NCBI RefSeq assembly: GCF_006345805.1
Contig: NW_021831985.1
Span: forward strand, 1 to 64,000
Reading direction: 5' to 3'
Length of the DNA: 64,000 bases
Source: Octopus sinensis
Taxonomy: Eukaryota
Shown: one piece after another, positions 11,350 through 24,424 of the stretch
Layout: each line of letters opens with the position of its first letter
How positions within the stretch are numbered: the stretch's first letter is position 1
Notes under the pieces: model-generated
Told to the model about the DNA's origin: nothing
Seen by the model: the letters and a program-made list of their open reading frames with translations, nothing else
Database searches by the model: none
Program-made: the position numbers and the translations under genes

Positions 11350-11858
11350 TAAATTGATCAAAATAAAATAAAAACATGATGCGAAGGATTCAGTGGTACA
11401 TATGTTTCGGGCCTTTATTAGACAGATTTATAACAATGCATAATGTATGTCTGTGGCCTTCTTCAGCCGCGCACAACAGCTTCCACAAGGACATGTGTTA
11501 CATCAAAAATTCTTGGTTGGGGATGCAAATCCTCTCATTCACGTACGACATAATGCGGCAGCAGCATAGAGTTGAAGCGTCCATCTCTTTCTTCTCTCAA
11601 TGTAGAATTGAGAGAAGAAAGAGATGGACGCTTCAACTCTATGCTGCTGCCGCATTATGTCGTACGTGAATGAGAGGATTTGCATCCCCAACCAAGAATT
11701 TTTGGTGTAACACATGTCCTTGTGGAAGCTGTTGTGCGCGGCTGAAGAAGGCCACAGACATACATTATGCATTGTTATAAATCTGTCTAATAAAGGCCCG
11801 AAACATATGTACCGCTGAATCCTTCGCATCATGTTTTTATTTTATTTTGATCAATTTA
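11350..11858. repeat. Near-perfect palindrome: 252-bp arms, 5-nt spacer, PLE-derived
   Basis: Arms 11350-11601 and 11607-11858 are reverse complements with two substitutions seen (cagtgg/cagcgg; acatca/acacca). Flanked by (TA)n. Confidence 0.95.
11737..11815 (+). ncRNA. Type I hammerhead ribozyme (right palindrome arm; mirror copy at 11393-11471 on -)
   Basis: GCGG / CUGAAGA (11742-11748) / A-GGCC...GGCC-C / GAAA (11800-11803) / ACAUAUGU palindrome / GUA ending at 11811 / CCGC. Confidence 0.8.
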
Positions 11859-11887
11859 TATATAAAATATATATATATATAATATAT

Positions 11888-11945
<58 letters not shown>

Positions 11946-12263
11946 ATATATTATATATATATATATATAGATATATATATATATATGTATGTATATATAT
12001 ATATGTATTTATATGAATATATATATACATTTATATACATATATATACACATATGTATATGTATGTATGTGTATATATATATAATATATATGTGTGTGTG
12101 TGTGTGTGTGTATATATTCATATTCATATACATAATTGATTTATACCTGTCATCGCCATTCGGTCTTTCCTTGTAACTATATTGACAATCACAACGGCAG
12201 ACACACCACACCTCTCCCATTCTCTTATAAATATTTGCCCCCTCACAATACACATCTATACAA

Positions 12264-12388
<125 letters not shown>

Positions 12389-14604
12389 TATGTACAACAC
12401 ACATATGAATATATGTATATATACATTTATATACATGCATGTATGTATGCAGGTATGTATGTATTTTACACATACATATATACATACAAACACGATTGAA
12501 GCAATAGCAATTAATCTAAAATGTACATCGATCAGTATGGAACACCGCACCAAAATGTACGTTTCAAGTAATTTGTATCGAACTATTCATATTTTCCAAT
12601 CATCAAACCAAGTTAACACCTCACCTATATTGTACAATTGCTTTCACCGACCAATTTTTCATTCTATTAACTTTCAATATGTGCTTTCATAAATGTATTA
12701 TCTTTGAGGATGTTTTTTTTTCCTCAATAAATTTGTGTGAATTCCACACAGTTTGTGTGAATTCCATGCAGTAAGTTTCCTTAATCCATTATGCAGTTTG
12801 GTTGGACAGTAAAACTTCTACGTCTATATCCGTTATTATTGTTTCTAGACTTTCCTAGCCTCATCGTCAGGATCATCTAATGTTCGTGTATACGTGTACA
12901 TGTGTTTGTATGTGCTTGTGTATATGTGTGTTTTGGCTTTTCCTTTTTTTTTTTTTTTGGTAAGGGAGAGTCGATGTGATATGCAATGATATTCCTTTCA
13001 TAAGGCGGCGAGCTAGCAGAAACGTTAGAATGCCGAGCGAAATGCGTAGCCGTATTTCGTCTGCCGTTACGTTCTGGGTTCAAATTCCGCCGAGGTCGAC
13101 TTTGCCTTTCATCCTTTCGGGGTCGATAAATTAAGTACCAGTTACGCACTGGGGTCGATGTAATAGACTTAATCCGTTTGTCTGTCCTTGTTTGTCCCCT
13201 CTGTGTTTAGCCCCATGTGGGTAGTAAAGAAATAGATAATTCCTTTCTACTATACCCAAAGAGTCTAAAGTCTTGGGGCGAAAAATAGTTAACTGCATCG
13301 AACCCCAGTACTCAACTGGTATTTATTTTATGACTCGGAAGGGATGAAAGGTAAATTTGACCACGCTTGAATCTAAACTCAGAACGTAAATATGAACAAA
13401 ATGCCACCAAGCATTTTGTCCGGCGTGTTTATTCTAATATTGTGTTATGCTGTGAGTCATGCACCCCGTGTTAATTGTAACTTTGGATAGAATATTCTGT
13501 ATAATAATATAGATGTATGCTAAAGTTTTCCTATTTATTTTCGTTTTGTTGTGCGCAGTCAGTGCATTTGCTCTTTGTCATAATTGCATAATGAACCGAA
13601 GAGAGAATTCCGTGTTTTTATGACCTATACAATAGTTGAAGTCGTGAAGTTTACAACTTTCATATTTGCAATCGCATTGGTATAGCTCTCGAGTCTACAA
13701 GTTTTTTGTCTCTTATTTATTTGAAGGTTTTTAATATTGGTGATTTTGTAGTATATTTTTATTTAACTTATCATCTGGAAAAATGCACAAAATACACATG
13801 ATTGTACGAGATTGTTTGAATGCATACTACCTCTGTAATAGACAAAGACTTCATCAAAAGCTTCATAAAACAATACAAAATAATACATAACGCTAGACTT
13901 ATTTTACAAATCAATGATTATCATGATGATCTCGACGACGGCGACGACAACGACGTCGATAACGACGATGACAGCGACGATGATGATGATGATGATGATA
14001 AGGAGAAGGAGGAGGAGGAGGATAGGAGGAGGTGGAAGAGGAATAGGACGTCGATGACGATTTCTATTATTTATAAATACATACTTGCATACATATATAC
14101 ATACATATATGCACACATACATACATCATGCATACATACAAACATCATATGTACATTCATACATACATCAAACATATTCGGACATGCAGACATACGTACA
14201 TACATATACGCATGCATACATGTGTACATCATATATACATACATCATATATAGGTACATACATAAATCATACGTCCATAGATACATATAGACATTCATAT
14301 ACACATATATATATATATTTATATGCCACACATACATACGTACATACATGCAAACATTCAAACACATATAATATATATATATATACACATGAAAACATAC
14401 AACTATACATACATTGTGAACACATACATATATATATGCATATATATATATACCATTATACATACATATGTCATAAATACATACGTACATAAATACACAC
14501 ATCTGCTAAATACATACAGCTTCTTTTAACAATCCTAATTGATTAAATGATTAATTCTTATTAATTTATGGATCGTAAAATTAAAAGCAACGAACCATAT
14601 TTTT

Positions 14605-14942
14605 TACGAATGACCAACCAACTTGAATGAAAAATTCCAAAGAAGTGAGAAAAATTGTGTGTGACCCAAAGACGTTGCTGCAGCAGTCGTATTTTTTTTT
14701 TTGCAACCAAAAAAGAAAGCCAAATATCATTCTGCCCAACTAACTGCAATGTAAACGTTAATACGAATGACCAACCAATTTTTAATGAAAAATTCAGATT
14801 GAACAAGAAAAAAAATTGTGCGTGACCCGAAGGCGTTACTGTAGCAATCTCATTTCTCGCAACCAAAAACACTAACAGAAAACATTCTGGGTGTGGGAGA
14901 GATCGATCACCTTGCTCGGCTAACTGCAATGCTCTAACGTTG
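14605..14942. repeat. Diverged ~157-bp tandem duplication of non-microsatellite sequence
   Basis: TACGAATGACCAACCAA...AAAAATTGTG.GTGACCC...CTAACTGCAATG starts at 14605 and again at 14762. Confidence 0.75.
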
Positions 14943-15381
14943 ACCTTTTTCTAAGCACTCGGCTCTAGAAGAAACACATTCTATAACTCAGTGGCTATTC
15001 TGTTGTGTGCGAACGGTTAATGGATAGTGGCTGCTCGTAATTTCTTGATTGGCACGAGAGATAACTGCTGTTCGAGGAAAAAAAAGGTCAACATCGCTGG
15101 CTGTTCCATCTATACTTACCTACCATCAAGTCTGTCTGACCTCTACATTTTTGGTACCGGTTCAGGAGTCTATAATGAAATTGTATAAATGTATAAAGTA
15201 AAATATATATATATAAAGTGAACACAAGAATACAGTTTCTCTAAAATCGATAATGGTCTAAAAATAGAAAATGACTTGTCAAAGTGTCTGTATTCTAATA
15301 ATCGATTTTTCCCCTTGACTTTTCATCGATATCTGTTGTAGAATTTTGTAAACGCCGGCTTATTTTTTTTTCTCTTCTTCT

Positions 15382-15421
<40 letters not shown>

Positions 15422-15532
15422 TTCTCTTTCTCTCTCTCCCCATGTATAAAAGAGGAGGAGGAAGAGGAGGAGAGAAAGAGAAAGATTAATTGATAGGGAT
15501 AGATTGATAGATAGATAGTTAGATAGATAGAC

Positions 15533-15641
<109 letters not shown>

Positions 15642-15912
15642 TGTTTCTTTATTGCCACACAGGGCTGCACACAGACAGGACAAAATTACAAGGTAGAGCT
15701 TTTCTTTTGGGGGTAAAAGAAAAGGGTTTGGTTTTCGATCAAAAGGGATCGTAAATGGAAAGAAAGAGGACAAAAAAGGGGGGGGGGAATAAAATCAAAT
15801 CAAAAAAAAATCTACTTATCTATCTAGTTAGCTGCATACCTATCTAACAGCCTACCTATCTATATTTTTTCATACCCAAATATCTGTCTACCTATCCGCT
15901 GTCAATCTATTA

Positions 15913-15957
<45 letters not shown>

Positions 15958-16129
15958 CCTATCTATCTATCTTTCTATCTATCACACTGACATAAACATT
16001 TTCTCTTCATGTGTGTGTCTGTGTGTCTTATGTATTTCTTTAATAACGATTCCCATTTACAATGTTCAAAACGATTTATGACCGTCCCTTATAAAAACTG
16101 CTTCCTTGTGTTTCATGGATTGTAATAAC

Positions 16130-16400
<271 letters not shown>

Positions 16401-16715
16401 GTTGTATTATAAACGGTCTTTCGACGTAAAGATAAATCAAAAGTCAAAATTGTATGAGATAGGAGGGATGCGGGGAGAGGGAAATGCTTTTATTTTTTTT
16501 TTTTCATTTTAAATTTCATAAAATCAAATCGTATTAAGAAAACAACACGCTAAGTTGAAAATCTATATTGAGTTATAATGTTTTTAATGTAAATCTATAC
16601 TTCCAAACACACACGTATACGAACTCAAAACACATGGATACATGCACGCATATATACACATGTGTACAGGTGCATCATGTATATATACACGTGTATACAT
16701 ATATATATATGTATG

Positions 16716-16747
<32 letters not shown>

Positions 16748-16783
16748 ATATGTATATATATATATGTTATATATATATGTATG

Positions 16784-16817
<34 letters not shown>

Positions 16818-18237
16818 GTATATATAATACTATATATATGTATATATTATTATATATATATATATATATTATATTAATATATATATATATATATATATAC
16901 TATATAGCATATATATATGCATGCATATTCATATTCATAAATATAAATAAAAATGGCTGAAATGTACAATGACACTAAACAATTGTTGTAATCTTTTTAG
17001 AAAGATTTAAAAAAACATAAAACAGGTGTAATATTTCATTTAGACATGTTAAATTTGTTTTCTTTATATTATGTTTTATTTATTATTTTGTTATTATATA
17101 TATATATGTATGCATGTATGTATGTATATAATATACACAAAGAAAATATTCATAGAGATTTTTTTTAAAGTGCAGTTTTTTACTCATCATCAGACCGTGC
17201 TTTACTTAAATCTTTCTATCTTTATATGTGGAGTAATGCAAATGGATGTATAGGAATATGTGGAAGGAAAAGGACCGAAAGAACGTGTATATTTGTATGC
17301 TGTGAATGAAGAGGAAGATGTAGTGAAGACAGTTTTTCTGGTTTGATAAAGTAAGTTTGTTATTGGTTTCAATCAGGTATATTTGTAAAAGAGAAAATTT
17401 CTATAGAGGTTCGTGTAGCAATTGTATTATATTCAAGTCACATTTTGGTGTTGGTTGAAGTTTGCAGTGTGAGTAATCAAGGTCCTTTGTATATAGAACA
17501 GTGTTGTGATAGTTTGAGGTTCATGAAAAAATGTATATAGATAATAACCGGTTCAATTTGTCACGGAGCATAGGTCAGAAAGAGAGATCAAAGCTGGAAG
17601 TTTTCTTTCGAGAAATTTTGAACTGGGTATTTTTTTAATAGATTGGTATTGGTTCTGTTACTATAAGCGGAGAAATATGTTTGGAAATATGTGCCTGTCT
17701 AGAACTAAAAATACCAAATCTAGAGATAATAAATATCTCGCTTTGATAATAAAGGAGGAAGTTCGGTTCGAAGTTTAACAGGAAATGATGAAGGTGAAGT
17801 TTACAGAAGTTTGGATGAAGTAAAATGTAGACTGCATATGTTTAAATCAACAAATATGCTTTATTCCTGTTCAGTTGAATAAATCGATTATGAGGGATCG
17901 ATACCAATAAAGTTGTTACCAAGATCAAAGAATAATAACGAGTGTCCGCCCATTTGGTTTTGTAGAGAACTGAAGTTTGCAACAAAATATTCACAAGACA
18001 ATATAACAATTTAGTTGTTGGCACAAACACGAAACAAGGCAGAGCATGACACGGGGCATCGAACAACGTCCGTGGAATGTTTGTGACAGCGTGTATGTGT
18101 CGGTGTGTTTGCGTATCTATCACAACGTGCAAATGCAAATATATATTATAGCAGCACGCATATGTGTGTTTCCAATGTATTGGCTCAGAAAGAGAGATGA
18201 GTGGGGACGGAGACGCAAGCTGGTTGAGCAATCACTA

Positions 18238-19035
18238 AAGGCGGCGAGCTAGCAGAACCGTTAGCACGCCGGGCAAAATGCTTAGCGGTATTTCGTCTGC
18301 CGTTACGTTGTGAGTTCAAATTCCACCGAGGGCGACTTTGCTTTTCATCCTTTCGGGGTCGATTAAATAAGTACCAGTTACGCACTGGAGTCGATTTAAT
18401 CGACTTAATCCCTTTGTCTGTCCTTGTTTGTCCCCTCTGTGTTTAGCCCCTTGTGGATAATAAAGAAATAGAAATAGGTATTTCGTCTGCCGTTACATTC
18501 TGAGTTCAAATTCCGCCGAGGTCGACTTTGCCTTTTATCCTTTCGGGGTCGATAAATTAAGTACCAGTTACGCACTGGGGTCGATATAATCGACTTAATA
18601 CCTATGTCTGTCCTTGTTTATCTCCTCTGTGTTTAGCCCCTTGTGGGTAATAAAGAAATAGAAATAGGTATTTAGTCTGCCGTTACGTTCTGAGTTCAAA
18701 TTCCGCCGAGGTCGACTTTGCCTTTCATCCTTTCGGGGTCGATTAAATAAGTACCAGTTACGCACTGGAGTCGATGTAATCGACTTAATCCCTTTGTCTG
18801 TCCTTGTTTGTCCCCTCTGTGTTTAGCCCCTTGTGGGTAATAAAGAAATAGAAATAGGTATTTCGTCTGCCGTTACGTTCTGAGTTCAAATTCCGCCGAG
18901 GTCGACTTTGCCTTTCATCCTTTCGGGGTCGATAAATTAAGTACCAGTTAAGCACTGGAGTCGATGTAATCGACTTAATCCCTTTGTATGTCCCTGTTTG
19001 TCCTCTCTGTGTTTAGCCTCTTGCGGGTAGTAGAG
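18238..19035 (+). mobile_element. Head-to-tail tetramer of SINE family A (one full copy plus three 190-bp 5'-truncated units)
   Basis: GAAATAGGTATTTCGTCTGCCG restarts at 18471, 18661 and 18851. Confidence 0.95.
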
Positions 19036-19072
19036 AAATTGGTTGAGCAATCACAAGCTGAAAGGTTAGTTC

Positions 19073-19120
<48 letters not shown>

Positions 19121-19152
19121 CCTATCTATCTATCTATCTCTATCTCTTTCTT

Positions 19153-19199
<47 letters not shown>

Positions 19200-19442
19200 C
19201 TTTTTCTCTCTGAGCCACATGCAAAGACTACACACATATGCTTGCTGCCACATACACATTCGTACATTATGCAGTCGAATTAGTATTTTTGGTAGACTCT
19301 AAAGTGAAGTTATTGAAAAGCTTTCTGATTAGCCAGTTGCAACTATTCAAAAATACCCAGTTGATATCCGCTCCGTCGATTGACATTTAACACCAATTTC
19401 TACATAGAATAAACCTTGGCCAGTCCAACTGCATTTTAGTAG

Positions 19443-19814
19443 TTTTGGTTTCCTCACTGTGATTGTAACGAAGTACACTTAAACTAGTGTATAGTGACTA
19501 AACAAGGTTGAATTGATTAGGAGCCGAGATTTTCTGACCATGACATGCATAAGATCTGGTCATCAAATCTAAGTAGAGACTTCAAACTTGAAATCTTCAA
19601 AGCCACAGTCGAACCAATTCTACTATATGGCTCAGAAACCTGGACGTTATCAGAGAAGCTTGAGAGGCGGTTAGATGGAACCTACACTCGCCTCCTTATG
19701 AGAGCTCAAAATCTCTCGTGGATTTTGGTTTCCTCACTGTGATTGTAACGAAGTACACTTAAACTAGTGTATAGTGACTAAACAAGGTTGAATTGATTAG
19801 GAGCCGAGATTTTC
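19443..19814 (+). repeat. 92-bp direct duplication enclosing a 188-bp copy of the neighbouring LINE 5' junction
   Basis: 19443-19534 is identical to 19723-19814; 19535-19722 matches 20030-20217 with four substitutions. Confidence 0.9.
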
Positions 19815-19998
19815 GAATAGTTATGTATAGAATTATCATACATTCCGATTTGATTGGAATTGTCCTGGTTTGAAGAAGTGGTTCTAGCGTTCCGGCATTT
19901 GAAATTTTGTTCCGGATTTCCAGAAATCTGAAAAATAGTTTTCCTTGGCACGCAGAACAGTAATAGCACCAAACAATAACGTACCTATTAATTATTAA

Positions 19999-20615
19999 CC
20001 CTTTCAGCCCTGACATCCTGGACCTTTTCTGACCATGACATGTATAAGATCTGGTCATCAAATCTAAGTAGAGACTTCAAATTTGAAATCTTCAAAGCCA
20101 CAGTCGAACCAATTCTACTATATGGCTCAGAAACCTGGACGTTATCAAAGAAGCTTGAGAGGCGGTTGGATGGAACCTACACTCGCCTCCTTATGAGAGC
20201 TCAAAATCTCTCGTGGAAGCGCCATCCAACCAAAATGCAAATATATGGGAAACTACCACCCGTGTCATCTCTTGTGAAAGGTAGGAGAATCCAGTTTGCT
20301 GGACATTGTTGTAGAGCTGAAAAAGAAGTAATTTCTACTCTTCTCCTCTGGAAGCCATCTACTCGCAATACCAGAGGACGCACACTCTCCTACCCTGATG
20401 TAATCTCCAGGGATACAGGCATCCAGCAACAGGACCTCCGTAATGCTATGATGGACCGTGAAGTCTGGCGTAGCATGGTAAATTCCATTGTCTCGACCAC
20501 GGTCGAACAATGATGATGATGATGATGATTTCTGACCATATACCTGGCTTCCAGATGCACTCCACCGATAGAGGGGTGTTACGGTTAGAGAAACCGGTGT
20601 TGCGGGCTCAAAGGG
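19999..20615. mobile_element. piggyBac-like MITE interrupted by an RTE LINE insertion
   Basis: TTAA|CCCTTTCAGCCC at 19995-20010; degenerate complementary end GGGCTCAAAGGG at 20604-20615. Confidence 0.5.
20037..20528 (+). mobile_element. 5'-truncated RTE-clade LINE (post-RT C-terminal ORF 20040-20513)
   Basis: Motifs ILLYGSETW, RRIQFAGH and DREVWR; (TGA)n tail; 11-bp target-site duplication TTTCTGACCAT at 20026-20036 and 20529-20539. Confidence 0.9.
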
Positions 20616-21061
20616 CTGACACGTTCTAGCAGAGTTGAACTAAATATCTTATCGCTGTTGTTTTTCGCCACCAGAGAATACCTTCTCCCTTTGGGTGATG
20701 CGTAGTCATCACACATCTAATACATCAGTCAAAGAGGAGTTCGAGGCACTATAGAGCTTCAACTGAAGATTCACATAATGAATTCGAAATACGGCAGTGC
20801 CTCTAAATTCCTTGTTATGAATACGTATTGTCTAACTAGAGGGAGGCGTTCCCCTATATTGAAAAACAACAGCGATCAGTTATTATCATTTAAATCTGAC
20901 AGAATGTATAGAGAACTAGTAGACACGTTATAGTTCGGATTCTTGCATTTATGCATACAACCCATAAATTATTATCCGTTTAGTAGATATCAACACGATT
21001 AGGAAATAATTTGTTAGCTGATTTCTGTAAACAGGAGCCTGTACTCTTGTGAGATTCATCA

Positions 21062-21444
21062 GTCCAGTGGGGTAGCTTCGACTGAAGAGACACACAAAGA
21101 GCAAGGTAGGATTTAAAACTTGGTGGGCACGGGGACTTCAAGATAGTACTTCGCTGTCCAGTGGGGTAGCTTCGACTGAAGAGACACACAAAGAGCAAGG
21201 TAGGATTTAAAACTTGGTGGGCACAGGGACTTCAAGATAGTACTTCGCTGTCCAGTGGGGTAGCTTCGACTGAAGAGACACACAAAGAGCAAGGTAGGAT
21301 TTAAAACTTGGTGGGCACAGGGACTTCAAGATAGTACTTCGCTGTCCAGTGGGGTAGCTTCGACTGAAGAGACACACAAAGAGCAAGGTAGGATTTAAAA
21401 CTTGGTGGGCACAGGAACTTCAAGATAGTACTTCGCTGTCCAGT
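21062..21444. repeat. 94-bp minisatellite, four near-identical units
   Basis: Unit starts (GTCCAGT) at 21062, 21156, 21250 and 21344, with a residual at 21438; only one or two differences between units. Confidence 0.95.
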
Positions 21445-21664
21445 TCAGTCGGATGCGATGATTCTTTATCTTTAATATCTTAAGTTGATATATTTGTCCT
21501 ATTCGTTGTCCTATTTGTCCTATTTGTCTCTCAAAAGAGACATCAGTTACTGGTTCTTCGTTAGTTTCTAAATTTTCCGTTTTTACGAAGCAAAGATTTT
21601 TTTTTCTTTTTCTTTTTTGCAACAGCTGAATATTCCATGATATGCTGGATATTCTGTGTGAAAG

Positions 21665-21980
21665 TATTTTTTTATGCGCCCTTTTCAAGCCTAGCCAGAC
21701 TCATGGGCCCGGTTTCTCGGTTTCTGTGGCGTATGTGCCCCCCCCCCCCCACGCCAGCTGGACAGGACGCCAGTCCATCGCAGGGTTACTCAAGAAACAG
21801 GAAGAGAGAGTGAGTTGGGGCGAAAGAGTACAACAGGAGTCACCACCACCCCCTGCCAGGGGCCTCGTCGAGCTTTGGGTGTTTTCACTCAATAAACACT
21901 CAACGCTCGGTCTGGGAATCGAAACCGCGATCCTCCGACTGCGAGTCCGCTGCCCTAACCACTGGGCCATTGCACCTCGT
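21665..21980 (-). mobile_element. tRNA-derived SINE family C with a V-SINE-like domain
   Basis: Head GGCCCAGTGGTTAGGGCAGCGGACTCGC...GGTTTCGATTCC and CCTGCGATGGACTGGCGTCCTGTCCAG. Relatives at 8590-8850 (+) and 37665-37935 (-). Confidence 0.8.
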
Positions 21981-23027
21981 GTGAAAATATAATTTGAATA
22001 AAAACAAAGAGAAAATAGTCTCAAAAACAAAACAGGAATTGACAACAACCAGCCACGGGCATAATGAACCAGACTCTTTACACGTACTTCTGTTATTCTT
22101 ACGTCTGGAAGCTAAGGTAAATCAAATGTTAATGCAAAAAAGCGTTCAATTGATTAACACCAAATTGGCGATTGCTGATTAAGGATTTCTTTTCCATTAA
22201 CTACTCCTCTTCAAAATTATATTGCACTTTCATGGAGCCTTAGGAACGAAGAAGTAGCATAATAGCATAATCAGAAAAATGATGGGTCTGAAAAGGAATT
22301 GTGTAGTTCATGAAACCCTCTAAACTTGAAATAACCCTGTAACCTCGAAAGCGGTTGATTATTCTTGGTGTACGTCTTTTGGAAATCCTTTAATGTCGAA
22401 TATCTGTTTCTTTATTACCCACAAGGGACTAAACATAGAGGGAACAAACAAGGACAGACAAACGGATTTAAATCGATTATATCGACCCCAGTGCGTAACT
22501 GGCACTTATTTAATCGACCCCAAAAGGATGAAAGGCAAAGTCGACCTCGGCGGAATTTGAACTCAGAACGTAACAGCAGACGAAATACGGCTGCGCATTT
22601 CACCCGGCGTGCTAACGTTTCTGCCAGCACGCCGCCTTCTAAATCCTTTTATGTCGAATATCAATCAGTTAAAAATCATCACATGGTATCTTCGGTGACT
22701 AGTGGAGATTACACTATCGCGAGCATTCAAGTCGGGTCTCCGGTTTGAGGACAGCGTTTTCTCTTCTTCCCACTATAGCCTTGAGGGTAGGCTCCGTAAA
22801 AGGTCGTGGACACTGCCAGTCTAACTTGACTAAAAAGTTTTAAGAGAAAATGCAGCGTCGCAGGTGTGGCTGTGTGGTAAGTAGCTTGCTAACCAACCAC
22901 ATGGTTGCGGGTTCAGTCCCACTGCGTGGCATCTTGGGCAAGTGTCTTCTGCTATAGCCCCGGGCCGACCAATGCCTTGTGATTGGATTTGGTAGACGGA
23001 AACTGAAAGAAGCCTGTCGTATATATG

Positions 23028-23060
<33 letters not shown>

Positions 23061-24388
23061 TTGTGTGTCTGTGTTTGTCCCCCTAGCATTGCTTGACAAC
23101 CGATGCTGGTGTGTTTACATCCCTGTAACTTAGCGGTTCGGCAAAAGAGACCGATGGAATAAGTACTGGGCTTACAAAGAATAAGTCTCGGGGCCAATTT
23201 GCTCGACTGAAGGCGGTGCTCCAGCATGGCCGCAGTCAAATGACTGAAACAAGTAAAAGAGAGAAAAGAGAGAGAGAGAGAGTCGCATTCTTTCAATTTT
23301 AAGGCATAATATGGGAATTTAGTTGCATTCTTCCTTCTGAGCTTGAAATATTTTCTTTCAGTTACCTTGCACCATACCCACATAAAGTTTACATGTGATT
23401 TATATTTGGCTGAGATTGCTTCTACTTGGTAAATTATTGCTTTAGTGCTGAATAATTAACTTAGAAGATATGCATCTGTGTTTCTCCATGTACAGCTTTC
23501 TCCGTTTATTTTAAAAGATTGCTTTTAAATTACTTGTGACGAAGCTATTCATATTGGTTCTACAACTGTATCTCGACTTTAAACTATTACTGTTGAATAA
23601 TTTCTTGTGGCGGTGATTAATGCGAAAATACTTAAGACTAGAAATTTTTAATGATAGATTTAGCATTAATAGAAAAAGGAAGTGTAAACCAGATTCTATT
23701 AGTGTCATTTCTTGTAGCAAAAGATTAGAAGCGTATTTAATATTGTCCTTATATCACATACATGTTAGAGCTTCACTGTAGTATGGTGGGGCTTTGTCGA
23801 CCAATTCTTTATAAGATGACATATTAGAAATACATTTGATATTATTAATTTGATTGTGGGCGAATGGCTAAAATCTATATTAATATAAGTTTGTCGTAGT
23901 TTTGCTCTATAGTTTGTACTTGTGTGTAGTGAAGTTAAAAGTAACAACTAAGGAATTTACAATGTTCAGGTTCGTTGTAACAGCTATTTTCAGACGAAAT
24001 ATTTATCATATGCATATTTGCGACGTATTGTAATATCGCAAGCCCGTCATCTCTATATAGGCCTATATCTGTAGTAGTGAATATCTTTTAACTACGTTGC
24101 ACATCTCTGTACTATTCAACGATCCCATACTAATATCAAACTATGAAGCAGCTTCTCTTCTTTAATCTAGGCCAAACATTTTATCAAGAAAAAGTATTGA
24201 AATGCATTGCTATCTATAACATCGTCATTTATAGAACTGTGTATCTTAGAAAATTCTAGGGAGCCGCTTCATATAAATTTTAAGATAACAGGGTAAAATT
24301 CAACAATAGCGAACTGGATGAATTTGAGGTATAGGGGTACTGCTATTCTTCAATCGTTAGAGATATTTATTTTAATATTATCATTAAT

Positions 24389-24424
<36 letters not shown>

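Noticed and set aside
11376-11832. Two mirror-image 97-aa ORFs
   Set aside because: An artefact of the palindrome; no protein motif.
17230-17840. Strand-skewed non-repetitive block that looks like decayed coding sequence (similar block at 23560-23960)
   Set aside because: All frames I tried are interrupted and I recognise no motif; needs translated search.
20743-20803. Possible type III hammerhead (CTGAAGA...GAAA inside GAGGCACT/AGTGCCTC)
   Set aside because: Helix I cannot form, and helix II and III junctions do not fit the consensus.
21062-21444. CRISPR-like or retrozyme-like array
   Set aside because: Units are contiguous with no variable spacers, the context is eukaryotic, and there is no complete ribozyme in the unit.
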